Shown here piece after piece: positions 1-11,700 of a stretch of DNA of 64,000 nucleotides. Made by a program: the position numbers and the translations under genes. Under the pieces are notes generated by a model. It saw only the letters and a program-made list of their open reading frames with translations, searched no databases and was not told the DNA's origin. Numbering within the stretch: position 1 is the first letter of the stretch; every line of letters starts with the position of its first letter. The stretch spans positions 104,596,001 to 104,660,000 of the forward strand of contig NC_086108.1 in NCBI RefSeq assembly GCF_963921235.1. The letters are read 5' to 3'. The DNA is from Mobula hypostoma. Lineage: Eukaryota.

Positions 1-385
1 TGAGTTACTGATGTCTTCCGGTCAGCTTGAACCAGTATGGCCATTCTTTGCTGACCTCTCTCATTAACATGGTGTTTTTGCCCACAGAACTGCTACTCAC
101 TGCATGTTTTTTTCTGGTTTTCACACCATGTTCTATAAACTCCTGAGACCATTGCGCATGAAAATCCCAGGAGATCAGCAGTTACTGAGATATTCAAACC
201 ACCCGGTCTGGCACCAACAATCATTCCATGGTCAAACTAATTTATATCTCTGTTTTTTTCTCCGTTCTGTTGTTTGGTCTGAACAACTGAACCTCTTGAC
301 CACGTCTGCAAGCTTTGATTGACTGAATACATATTTGCGTAATGAACAGATGCACAGGTGTGCCTAATAAAGTGACCTCTGAGTG
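1..385 (-). mobile_element. Tc1-like DNA transposon remnant (truncated by window edge)
   Basis: TA-flanked terminus CACTCAGAGGTCACTTTATTAGG; decayed N-terminal transposase (GMIVGAR..G.NIS.TADLLGFS); same family as 19896 and 21477 copies. Confidence 0.8.
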
Positions 386-389
386 TAGA

Positions 390-2360
390 ACAGTATGACA
401 CAGTACGGGTCATTTGGCTCACGATGTCATGCTGACATTTTAACCTATTCCAAGGTCAACATGATGCTTCTCCCTCACACAACCCTCCATTTTTCTGTTA
501 TCCATGAGCCTCTCTAAGAGTTTCTTAAATGTCCCTAATGTCTCTACCAGCACACCTGGCAGGATATTCCATTCACTTGCCACTCTCTGTGTAGAAAACC
601 TACCTCTGACATCTGTCCCCCATACTTTCCTCCATCACCTTAAACTTACACCCATTCATGTTAGCCAATGCTGCCCCGGGAAGAAGGGACTGGCTAGTTA
701 CTCAATCTATGCCTCTTATCATCTTGTATGCCTCTATCAAGTCACCTCTCATGCTCCTTCACTCCAAAGAGAAAAACCCTAATTTGCTCAACGGTTCCTC
801 ATTAGACATGCTCTCTAATCCAGGCAGCATCCTGGTAAATCTCCTCAGAACCCTTTCTAAAGCTTCCACATCCTTCCTATAATGAGATGACCAGAACCGA
901 ACACAATGCTCCAAGTGTAGCTTCACTGAAACATTACCTCACAGCCCTTGAACTCAATCCCCCAACTAATGAAGGCCAACACATCATTCACCTTTTTAAT
1001 CACCCTATGAACTTGCATTGCAACCCTGCAGGATCTATGGATGTGCATCTCAAGATCCCTCTGTTCCCCTACACTGCTAAAAATCCTCCCATTAATTCTA
1101 TAATCTGTATCATTAACCTGACACCATTATAAATGAAGACCCTATCAACCTCTACTTTAAATATACCGAATGACTTGCCGTCTATGGACATCTGTGGCAA
1201 TGAACTCCACAGATTCACCACCCTTTGGCTAAAGGAATTCCTCTTTATCTCTGTTCTAAATGGATTTCCTGTATTCTGAGGCGGTGCCTTCTGGTTCTAG
1301 ACTCCTCCTCTGTAGGAAACATCCTCTCCACATCCATCCTATCCTATCCTATTCTCCTGCCTTCTCCCCATAGCTTTTAATGCCTTTACTAATCAAGAAT
1401 CTACCAGCCTCCACTTTAAATATGACTTGATCTTCAAAGCCGTCTGCAGCATTGAATTCACATATTCACCAGGCTCTCGTTAAAACAAAATCCTTTTCAT
1501 CTCTGTTTGAAAAGGACATTCTTGTATTCTGGGAATCTCTGGTCCTAGACTTCCCCGCTGTTGGAAACATCCTCCTGTCAAGCCTGCACAGGCAGGCACC
1601 TCCCAGTCTCCACCCAGCAAATAGGATTCACCTGCCACTGGTTTCCAGCTCATCACCTGCAGCCCATTTAACAGCCTTTGTTCCATGAACCAGATGCTTT
1701 TCGCCTTTGGTTACCCTTGTTGTGTTAAGTATCTGCTCCCTTTTGTTTTGTAGCCTCTCGTGGCTTGTTATTTTTGTAGTTTATTACTAAAATATTGTTC
1801 ACTGCTAAATCCCCTCCAGTGCCCTGCTTTTGGGTCAAATCCTTCTACATTTTCCGACACGTCTTCAAGTTCACTCTATCTAAGCCTTTCAATACTTGGT
1901 AGGATTCCTCCCCATTCCTCTAAACTCCTGCAAGTACAGGGCCAGAGCAATTTAACATTCCTCATACATTAACTGTTTCTTTTCCAGGATTATTTTCAGA
2001 AACATCCTCTCCAATGCCAACACATCTTTTCTTAGCTATGTCCACAACTGCTCACATTACTCCAAATGAGGTCTGATAAAGTTTCAGCACCACATCATTG
2101 CTTTTATATTCTAGTCCTCTCAAAATGAATGCTAACATTGCATTTGCCTTCCTTATCACCAACTCAACCTGCAAGCTGACCTTTAAGGAATCCTGCACAA
2201 GGACTCATAAGTCCCTTTGCACCTCTGATTTCCGAATTTGCTCCACATTTAGAAAATAGTCTGTGCCTTTACTCTTTCTACCAAAGTGACCGTACACTTC
2301 CTACACTGTATTCATCTGCCACTTTTTTGCCCATTCTCCCAATCTGTCCAAGTCCTTGCA
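390..2360 (-). mobile_element. Cluster of decayed CR1 LINE 3' fragments
   Basis: Reverse-complement similarity to the CR1 RT C-terminus/3' end seen on + at 17985-18925 and 23455-24250. Confidence 0.75.
1576..1859. mobile_element. Probable solo LTR inserted in a CR1 fragment
   Basis: TGTCA...GACA ends; homologous (reverse complement) to 26416-26739; CR1 sequence resumes on both sides. Confidence 0.6.
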
Positions 2361-2591
2361 TAGATGCAGACCGATCCACAGAACTCCTTCAGCTTTTTGT
2401 AGCGTTGCTCTTTAGCATTTGATATCTTTACTCTTGGAGAAAGATTCTGTCTGTCTCCCAGTCTTTTCCTCTCATCATCTTGTAAACTTCTATCAGGTCT
2501 TAAATTCTGAACTTTTGCCTATGTTAGAAACTTCAAGTTTTGCTCTTAAAAGGATCCAAAAAAATAGCAATTTCAATTCCTCATTTCATAC

Positions 2592-2711
2592 CTTCATGAT
2601 TTCTTGAATATCATTCTGGTTGAGCTCGCCATAAGTGATCTCTTGGCCAAACAGTTTGATGTAAACGCTCACCGATGGTTTAATTGCGGGCATCGATTTC
2701 CAATCAGACAC
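2592..2711 (-). CDS. vtg: vitellogenin exon 16
   Basis: VSDWKSMPAIKPSVSVYIKLFGQEITYGELNQNDIQEIMK; TAG/GTATG; absent from ORF track. Confidence 0.94.
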
Positions 2712-5700
2712 CTAAAGGGAGACCAAGAGAAGAGGAGGAAGCAATGTGGAACCTTTGTAAGTCTACAACAAAAAACTGAGAATTACCCTTAGACACGATC
2801 TGATGGGGAATGAATGGTTCATGTGTCAGTTGTAGATAGGAGGAAGGATAATGGCTGGGTCATTGATTGACCTTTCTCAAAATCATAGCCACAGTGTGTA
2901 CCATTTACATGGTGCAATTGAACAACTCACGAAGGCTTGAGGGGATGATGAAGATATGGTCGGGGTTAGAGCTGGGGTCAGGCATGAGACCAGAGGACGT
3001 CAGTGAGTCAGAGGGCTGAGGGTACAAACTGAAGTCCAGATGCAAGATCTTGACTGTCCATTTCCATCATCGATGCTGCCTGACCTGTTGAGTTCCTCCA
3101 CCATTTTGTGTGTGTGGCTCCAGCTATCCAGCAACTGTAGAATCTGGTGTCTCGAACTCACCAAGGTTTTCCAAATCCATGGCTTTGCCCTTCCAAAGGA
3201 AATGACCAAGACAACCCATCGGGATTTTGCAGACAAGTTTCTCTCCAAGTGACAAATCAGGATGTACCTCTATACTGGGGACATTCTAGAACTTTCCAAC
3301 AATGCTGCGGCAATAGATCCACCAGTGATTTAAAGGGAGCTCACAACCACGCTTATTCTGAAGTCAGCAAAAAAAGTGCTTGAAATAAAATAAACAGGAG
3401 ATCCTGGAAACACTCAGCAAGTCAGAAAGGGTACGCGCAGTCTGCTGGAACCTTGAGCAACAAGTAAGATGCTGGAGGAACTCAGCAGGTCAGGGCAGCA
3501 TCTCTGGAGGGAAATGGACAGCCAACATTTTGGGTCGAGCCCCTTCATCGGGACTGCAAGGCAGAGGTGAGTTCACCCATATAAAAAGGTGGAGGGAGAG
3601 GATAGAGTGTGAGCTGACAAATAATAGGTGGTCCAGTTGAGGAGGAGTGATAGGCAAATAGGAGAGGGTCTTTGACCTGAAATTATAACTCTACCTCTCT
3701 CTCTCTACAGATGCTGCTTGACCTGCTCAGTGTTTCCAGCATTTTCTGTAAGAGATTAGAACTTTCAGGTAGGGAGAAGGGGATGGAAATGGTGAAGGGG
3801 TGGGGGGGGGTTGGAGGCATTACTAGAGGTTTGAGAAATCAATGTCCATGCCATCAGTTGAGGCTACCCAAACGGAATATAAGGTATTGTCCCTCCCTCA
3901 CCTTATCTCCTTGCCTACCCATTGCCTCCCTTTGGTGCTCCTCCAGCTTTTTCTTTCTTCCATGGCCTTCTGTCTCTTTCACCAATCAACTTCCCAACTC
4001 TTTACTTCATCTCTCCCCCTCCAGGTTTCACCCACCACCTGATCTTTCTCACTCCCCTCTCCCCCACCCCTCCCACCTTTTAAACCTACTCCTCAGCTTT
4101 TTTTCTCCAGTCCTGCTGAAAGGCTTCAGCCTGAAACATCAAGTGTACTTTTTTCCATAGGTGCTGCCTGGCCTGCTGAGTTCCTCCAGCAGTTTGTCTG
4201 CATCCCTCTCCTGCCCCAGCTGTGTGAGGAGGAGGGTTGGACATGGGACTAGCAACTCCATCCCGTAAAAAGCCAGTGCCACAGAAATGCCAACAGAATC
4301 TCCAAAGTCCTCGTTCCTCGGAAAGGAATTTATCTTCGCCAGGAAGACATATGAAGTTGTGCAAACAGAAGCCACGGAGCTGATGAACCTTTGGCCCAGG
4401 ACCGAGGACCCCGGTGAGCTGCTATTGGCGATCTAAGCCTCAGGTGGAGTAATGAGCATAAGATGAAGAAATAGATCAGAGGAAATTTGTGGATTTTTCA
4501 AGTAATCCACCAACGTGCAATGCTCTCTCAGTTGACATCTTTCAGATAGCTCATGAAGATAGCTTTTTTTACTTCTTTAATGTCTGTTTTTCACCTTAAA
4601 TATGTTTCTGGGCCTGTTAGAGCCTGTGATTCACAGCTTGGAGGTTGTGTGAGTGATCCAGCGCTTTGCCGTCTCCAAGAAGATTCCGGGAAGTGAGTGC
4701 GTACTTGGATGGCTTCGATGTGAAGAAACTTCGAGACAAGGCATGAACCGATGTTTTACTCTGTCCAGCCATTGAAAGCATCCATTAATAGCTGATAAAG
4801 GCATCGAGGAAGGCTGAGACATCGAGATGAATGCAGAAGGCAAGTGAGAGTTTCAGTGCCGACTGCCTGCCTTTTGATCAGTTTCCAGGAAGGCGCCTGT
4901 CAGCAGCCTGTCGCTGTGGCAGGTGGGTAGGCCTCTGCCTCGTATGGTAACCTGCTCTTTCGTTGACTGTTGGTGGTATCGTAGGATGGTATTGTGATTC
5001 TGCACTTATGGATTGGACTATTGCGTTTATGGACTGTGGACTTTTACAGCCTTATGGTTTTCATGTTCTGTGTTTTTTATCACCTGTTTCTTTTCCATTT
5101 TGTTGCGTGAGGGGATAATGATTGGGGGTTGATGTGCAGTTCTGTTAGTTTTTGCGTGGGTTGGGGGGTTGATGTTCCTATTCCATTTTGTGTGGAGGCA
5201 TTGGTTTTGGGGGGGGGGTGGCGGTTGATGATTGGGATGTCGTTCTTTTTTTGTCCGGGGGGGATGGGTTTGATGTTTTTCTTTGAATGACTTTCATGTT
5301 CTTTCTTTGTTTTGTGGCTATCTGGAGAATCCAAATTTCAGAGCTGTGAATGGGTGCATGCTTTGATATTAACCTTTGAACCTTTAATTGATTGTAGTTT
5401 CTTATTTCTAGATTTTTAAAGAACTGAATTCAAGTTACCAAATGGAGAATGTAGGATTTTAAATCACTTTTTCTTATTTGTCCAGATCATTGGAGTAATT
5501 TTCCAATAAATAAATCCTCATAGATTTCGGATTCATTCATCACACGTGTATCGAAACAGTGAAATGTATTCTTTTCATTCACAGCCAACCCACCCAAGTA
5601 CGTGCTGGGAGAAGCCAGCAAGTACATACGTCTTACTTTAATTTGTAGTAATTTTTGTGTACAGCCACCACAAGACAACACATTTCGTGACATTTATCAG

Positions 5701-8700
5701 TGACAATAAACCTGATGCTGATTTTGGTCGTCAGACCATGAGAGCGCACTGTGGAATGAAGAATCATCCTCCTTACCTTTTCTAAAATCCGCTCCGTGCT
5801 GTTTTTCTTCGGTCCCTTCCAGAAGGCTGGTTTGCTCTTTGAAAAGGCTTGTTCTATTCCTTCGACATGGATACCAACCTTTATAAAGACAACCAGATGT
5901 TCGTCAGTAACCTTGACAGTTGGAGAGTCGGATGCAGGTGACAACTCATGCGGACAGATACTTCGCGGTAGAATTACCTCCAGAAAGTCCATGAGAGCTC
6001 CAAGGCCATAATGTCTGAAGTTGGCTATGGCTGAAGTTGGAAGAATACCATCTAATTTCTTCAGTAAATAAAGGTTGGTATCGATTCCAGCCAGAAACCA
6101 ATCTGCAAGAATAGTTCTCAACATTCAAATGGTTCTGCTAAAGAGTTACACAGTCATAAAGCGTGTAAACTGGCCCTTCAGACCAACTGATCCTTACTGC
6201 CCATTCAAGCTTGTCCCATGTGCCAGCATATTGCCCATAATCTTCTAAACCTTTCCTATCCATATACCTGCCCAAACTCTCTTTTAAAAGTTGTTATCAC
6301 GAAAAAAAGACTTGTCTGAGTGTCGGATGCAGAATATAAAATTATGAGATATATAAGGTAGAGTGTTTTTAAAGATATAAAAATATAATGATAAGGATTA
6401 AAGTGCACAAAATGCTGAAGGAACTCACCAAGTCAGGCAGTATCTCTGGAAATGAAAAAACAGTCAGCATTTCAGGCTGACTTTATCACCACTTGGCCTA
6501 AAATGTTGATGTTCATTTATTTCCATAGAGGCTGCCTAACTTGCCGAGTTCCTCCAGCATTTTGTGTGTGTTGTTCTGGATTTACAGCAACTGCAGAATC
6601 TCCTGTGCTTATGAAAAAGATCAAATCTACCAGGTTTGTGCTGTTATCAACACCACATTTTAAACTTGTTAAATAAACAGCCCCCTCTATCTTCCTTGTT
6701 CTACAAGTCTCAGATTTACTGAATGTAGTTTCCTGATGTCTAGGTTTAAAACAGAAACCTGAAACCCAAGGCCACAACTTTGAAATGGTACACACAAGAG
6801 GCAGAACATGCAGTGAAATGTGTCGTTTGCTTCGACAACTCAAGGATTGTGTGGAGTGCAGCCCGCACGTATCGCAATGCTTCTGGCACCAACATTGCTT
6901 GCCTGCAACTTACTAACTTAACCATAACTGTACGTCTTTGGAGAGTGGGAGGGAACCAGAGCACCGAGAGGACAACAAATCCGTTATGCGGAGAATGTTT
7001 AAACTCCTTACAGTGGTGGGAATTGAAATAGGATCATTGGCGGCATAATCCTATTACTCTAGCTGTCACCCTATCATGCCGCCCACACGGTATGTATTTA
7101 CTAATATAACTATTGTTAATGCTTTATTAATATTATTAAATTATGTTAAATTAAATACTATTATTCAATATTTCTTTACTGTGACATTGATTGGGGGGGG
7201 GGATGAATTGCCACCATGTTCACTGCTGAAACTTCTTCCCATTGTTCGTTTGTAAAAGAGTGCAAAGAAAGGAACAGCAATAAAGAGAACAGCGACAGAT
7301 CCTCACTCCCACTTACCACTAAACAAGCCAAAGTGTATTCCTTTGCTGTACTGGTAACTGAGAGTGTCGCACTTCCGACTCAGTCGTTTGACTGCGGTGT
7401 TGAAAACGGCAGCCCTGCAAAAATCAGAGGGGAGGGAAGTGTTTGTTCAGCTGCAGGTTATAGGGCCACAAAGACACGGAGCTGTATAGCCCAGGGACAC
7501 TGGTAGATCCATAAGTATTCACAGCAGAGGAGGGCTTTCATTCCCTTGTGATGGTATTGTGCATCAAAAACTCATTCCCTCTATCTCAAGCTCTTCTTAT
7601 CTGAGTATGAGCTTTTAAAGCTGATATATCATTCGGGGCCTCACTACATGGGACATATCTTCTTCAAAACCACTATCGGGGAGGAAGTACAGGAGCCTGA
7701 AGACCCATTCCCGATGGATCAGAAACAATGTCTTCCTCTCTGCCATCAGATTTCTGAGCAGTCTATGAACCATGGACACTACCTCAACATTTTGTCCTCT
7801 TTGTGCAGTATTTATTTTAAAAAGGCTGCATCCATGATGCACCCAGGAACCCCGTCCTCTTCTCATTACCATCAGGGAGAAGGTACAGGAGCCCGAAGAT
7901 CCACTCTTCACATTTTAGGAAAAGCTTTTTCCCCTCCTCAAGTAATAAGTAGTGCAAAATTATAGTAACGTTTCATCTGCTCATCACCACTGCTGCAAAA
8001 CATCAAATTACAAGTTACACAAGTGAGTGATAATAAACTTGATTCTAATTCTGATTATTTCTGTCTCTAACACTCTCTCCTGTGAGATGCACATCCATAC
8101 TTTATACTTTATACTTTATTGTCGCCAAACAATTGATACTAGAACGTACAATCATCACAGCGATATTTGATTCTGCTCTTCGTGCTCCCTGGAGTGCAAA
8201 CCGATAGTAAATATTAAAAATTTAAATTATAAATCATAAATAGAAAATAGAAAAATGGAAAGTAAGGTAGTGCAAAAAAACCGAGAGGCAGGTCCGGATA
8301 TTTGGAGGGGACGGCCCAGATCCGGGTCAGGATCCGTTCAGCAGTCTTATCACAGTTGGAAAGAAGCTGTTCCCAAATCTGGCTGTATGAGTCTTCAAGC
8401 TCCTGAGCTTTCTCCCTGAGGGAAGAGGGACGGAAAGTGTGTTGGCTGGGTGGGTCGTGTCCTTGATTATCCTGGCAGCACTGCTCCGACAGCGTGCGGT
8501 GTAAAGTGAGTCCACGGACGGAAGATTGGTTTGTGTGATATGCTGCGCCGTGTTCACGATCTTCTGCAGTTTCTTCCGGTCTTGGACAGAACAACTTCCA
8601 TACCAGGTTGTGATGCACCCTAGAAGAATGCTTTCTACTGTGCATCTATAAAAATTAGTGAGGGTTTTAGGGGACAGGCCACATTTCTTTAGTTTCCTCA

Positions 8701-11700
8701 GGAAGTAAAGGCACTGGTGGGCCTTCTTGGCAGTGGACTCTGTATGTTAGTGATAATAAACCTGATTTTGATTCTGATCCACATGTCTATCTAAGAATCT
8801 CTTAAATGTCCTAATCACTGTTATAAGCTCCTCCAAGAGGATTACGTCCTTGTCGTAGGGTTTGCCTCAATGACCTGGAGAGCTATGTTGGCTGGAGTCA
8901 GAGCCTTGTGCTTTGGCTCTTGGTAGGGTTACCCATGCCAGGCAGGTCAAACAGTAGAGACCAGGCTGAGGGTGGTCCACTGGTCCTCCAGGTTTGGGGG
9001 TTCCGCTCAGGGCTAACAACCCTGACTGGTCAAAAAACAATTGCTATGGAAACAGCAATGAAGAATCCTTCTATACAGACAGAGATGGAGGACCTTCATT
9101 GCTGTCCTAAACACCAGTAGTCTAGTGGGTAGTAAGTAAATATGTTATAAGCTACAGTTTAAAAACATAATAGCTCACTGGCGTGAGATTGTTCTGTACT
9201 CACAGTGATTGTTGCTCTGGCACTAAGGTTCCCGACAGTGATTTCATGTAGGAATAGGCAAAGCTGGTCAGCTGCAAGTTGGTCTCTCTGATCAATGCGT
9301 CAGTCACTGTGGCCACCAAGGCCATGGATGGTTTGGTTTCCACCAACACAATAAAGGCCCTTATTCGCATTTCTGCACGGTTCTTTTTGTTCATAAGTAA
9401 CTGCATGGCGATGTTTTGCACCTGTGTGAGAGATTATGGTCAGGATTTTGGTTATGTAGAATGGTCGCAAGTGGTAAGACCTATGTTTCTACCATCCCTC
9501 TTCAGGAGAGCTTGCGTCACTCACACCCCTCTTTACTCAGTGGCGCAGCAGTGAGCAGCTTTAGACTCCTGGGAGTGCACATCTCACACAACCACTCATG
9601 GTCCCAGAACACACCCTGCACCATCAGGAAGGCTTACCAATGCCTCTACTTTCTGAGGAGCCTGGACAATCACATCTACACTCACTCCATTTTACAAATG
9701 CACCAGCAGAAAGCATGGTAACAAGCTGCTTCATTGCATGGAACAGAGACTGCTCTGCGGCAAACAGGAAGGCTCTATAACACGTAGTCAGAACTTCCCA
9801 AAGCATCACTGGCACCAGCCTACCCACCATCAAAGACCTAGATAGAGAAAGATGCTGGAATAGGGCAAGCAATGTCATGAAGGATCCCAACCACCCTGCT
9901 CATGGACTATTTGTCCCACTCCCATCAGGGAGGAGGACATGTAGCATCCACACCAGGACCACCAGACCGAAAAGCAGTTACTTTCCCCAAGCAGTAAGGC
10001 TGATCAACACCTCCACCCCAGCCCACACCCCCAACCACCATCTTTTCCTGTCAGTCACCTTATGTACAGACACTCCTGTGCCTGTACAATCAATCCATTT
10101 GTATAAGCTATCTTATGTGTTTATCTTTATTGTTTTTTTATGATTGTGTTGTTTTTTTATGCTGCATTGTATCTGACTAACAATTATTTCATTTTCCTTT
10201 ACATTTGTGTACTGGAAATGACATTAAACAATATTGAATCTTGAACCTCCTATCACACCTTTCATGATCACTGGACCTGCCAGAGGGTTCTAGGGTTAAA
10301 AAGCCGTTACACTGGACAACAAAGATTTTGCTTCCTTAATACTTTTGGGTGTATCTTATAGATCATGAAAATCTCCATGAAATTTCTGTCACACACCATG
10401 TTTTGAAATTACCCATATTTGTTATTTCACTTCAGAATTCAAGTCAGAGTAACTGATGCCAAGATTAAGGAAGGCGTTTTTGTTGGTCCACAAATCAAGC
10501 TGGTCATTAATGACAGGTAATTTGAAAAACTTCTTGTGGGACCAGAGAAAATCACATGGAAGGCATTCAAGGATGTTGTTGAAAATCTCCTTGGCAACTA
10601 GTGCACCAAACTACATACTGCAAGCATACAAAACCATGAAATGCAACATGTCATTCATTTTCTGCATTCCGGTTTAAGACTTCCTCCCTGCATATCTTGC
10701 TGCTGTCAGTGATGAGGACGTTGAAAGGTTTCACCAGGATGTTGTGGTCATGGAGAAGTGGTATCAGGGCAACTGCAATCCATCAATGCTGGCTCAGCAT
10801 TGTTGGACACAAGTGAGAAGCCTCAGACACTGAGTACAAACAAAAATCATCAACAAAACATTTTTAGCTTCGTTGAACCATTGCGAAGTGTCAGCACTTA
10901 TGTAATTTAATACGTTATATTCAATAAAAGTTAATTTCTTTTTTCTCCAAATGCCTATGTGATACCAATAGTCTGAAAGTATTTTTGTGTTCAGCTTCAA
11001 GCGTCTACCAGAAACAAAAAACAAAATTCTGAGGTAGCAACACTTTTGAAAAAATTAGTTGTCCAGTGTTATTAGTGCACTGTAGAAAATATGACAGAGG
11101 AAGATGCCTTTAACGATTAGTGTCTTTGAGTCTTGCAGCACAGAAGCTCAGCCAACTGGTCCACGCCGACCAAGAATCCCATCTAAGCTTGTGCCATTTG
11201 CCCATAACTCTATGAATCTTTTCTAGTCATGTACCTGCTGAAGTGCTTTTTAAATTTTGTTGATGTATCTGCCTCAATCATTTCCTCATTCCAGGTACAG
11301 ATCACTCTCTGGGTGAAAAAGTTGCCTCTCAGGTTCCTACTCTCTCCCCTCTGACCTTAAACCTGTGCCCTTTAGTTCTTGACCCCTAAACCCTGGGGAA
11401 AAACTGTGCATATTCACTATCTACGGCCCTCATCATTTTATACATCTCTCTTAAGGTCAGTCCTCAGTCTCCCAAACTATAATGAAAAAAGTTCCAAGCT
11501 GCTCAACTTCTCTGAAATTCTGTCAACAGCCCAATCGAATCACGATGAGAGAGGAGGCGACTTACAGATCTTTGAGTGAGATACTCTATATTTGTCACAT
11601 GTATATCGAAACATACAGTGAAATGCATCATTTGTGTTAACAAACCAACTTTTCCAGCAGCTCAGTCGAATCAGGAGCAAGAGAGGAGGTGACTCACAGG

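Noticed and set aside
1..2591. Vitellogenin exon 17
   Set aside because: No Vtg-like reading frame seen; region is Tc1, CR1 and LTR remnants, so the exon probably lies outside the window.
5633..6124. Single long exon
   Set aside because: An internal GT donor, branch-like TACTGAC and AG acceptor at the expected DFLE|VG boundary indicate two exons.
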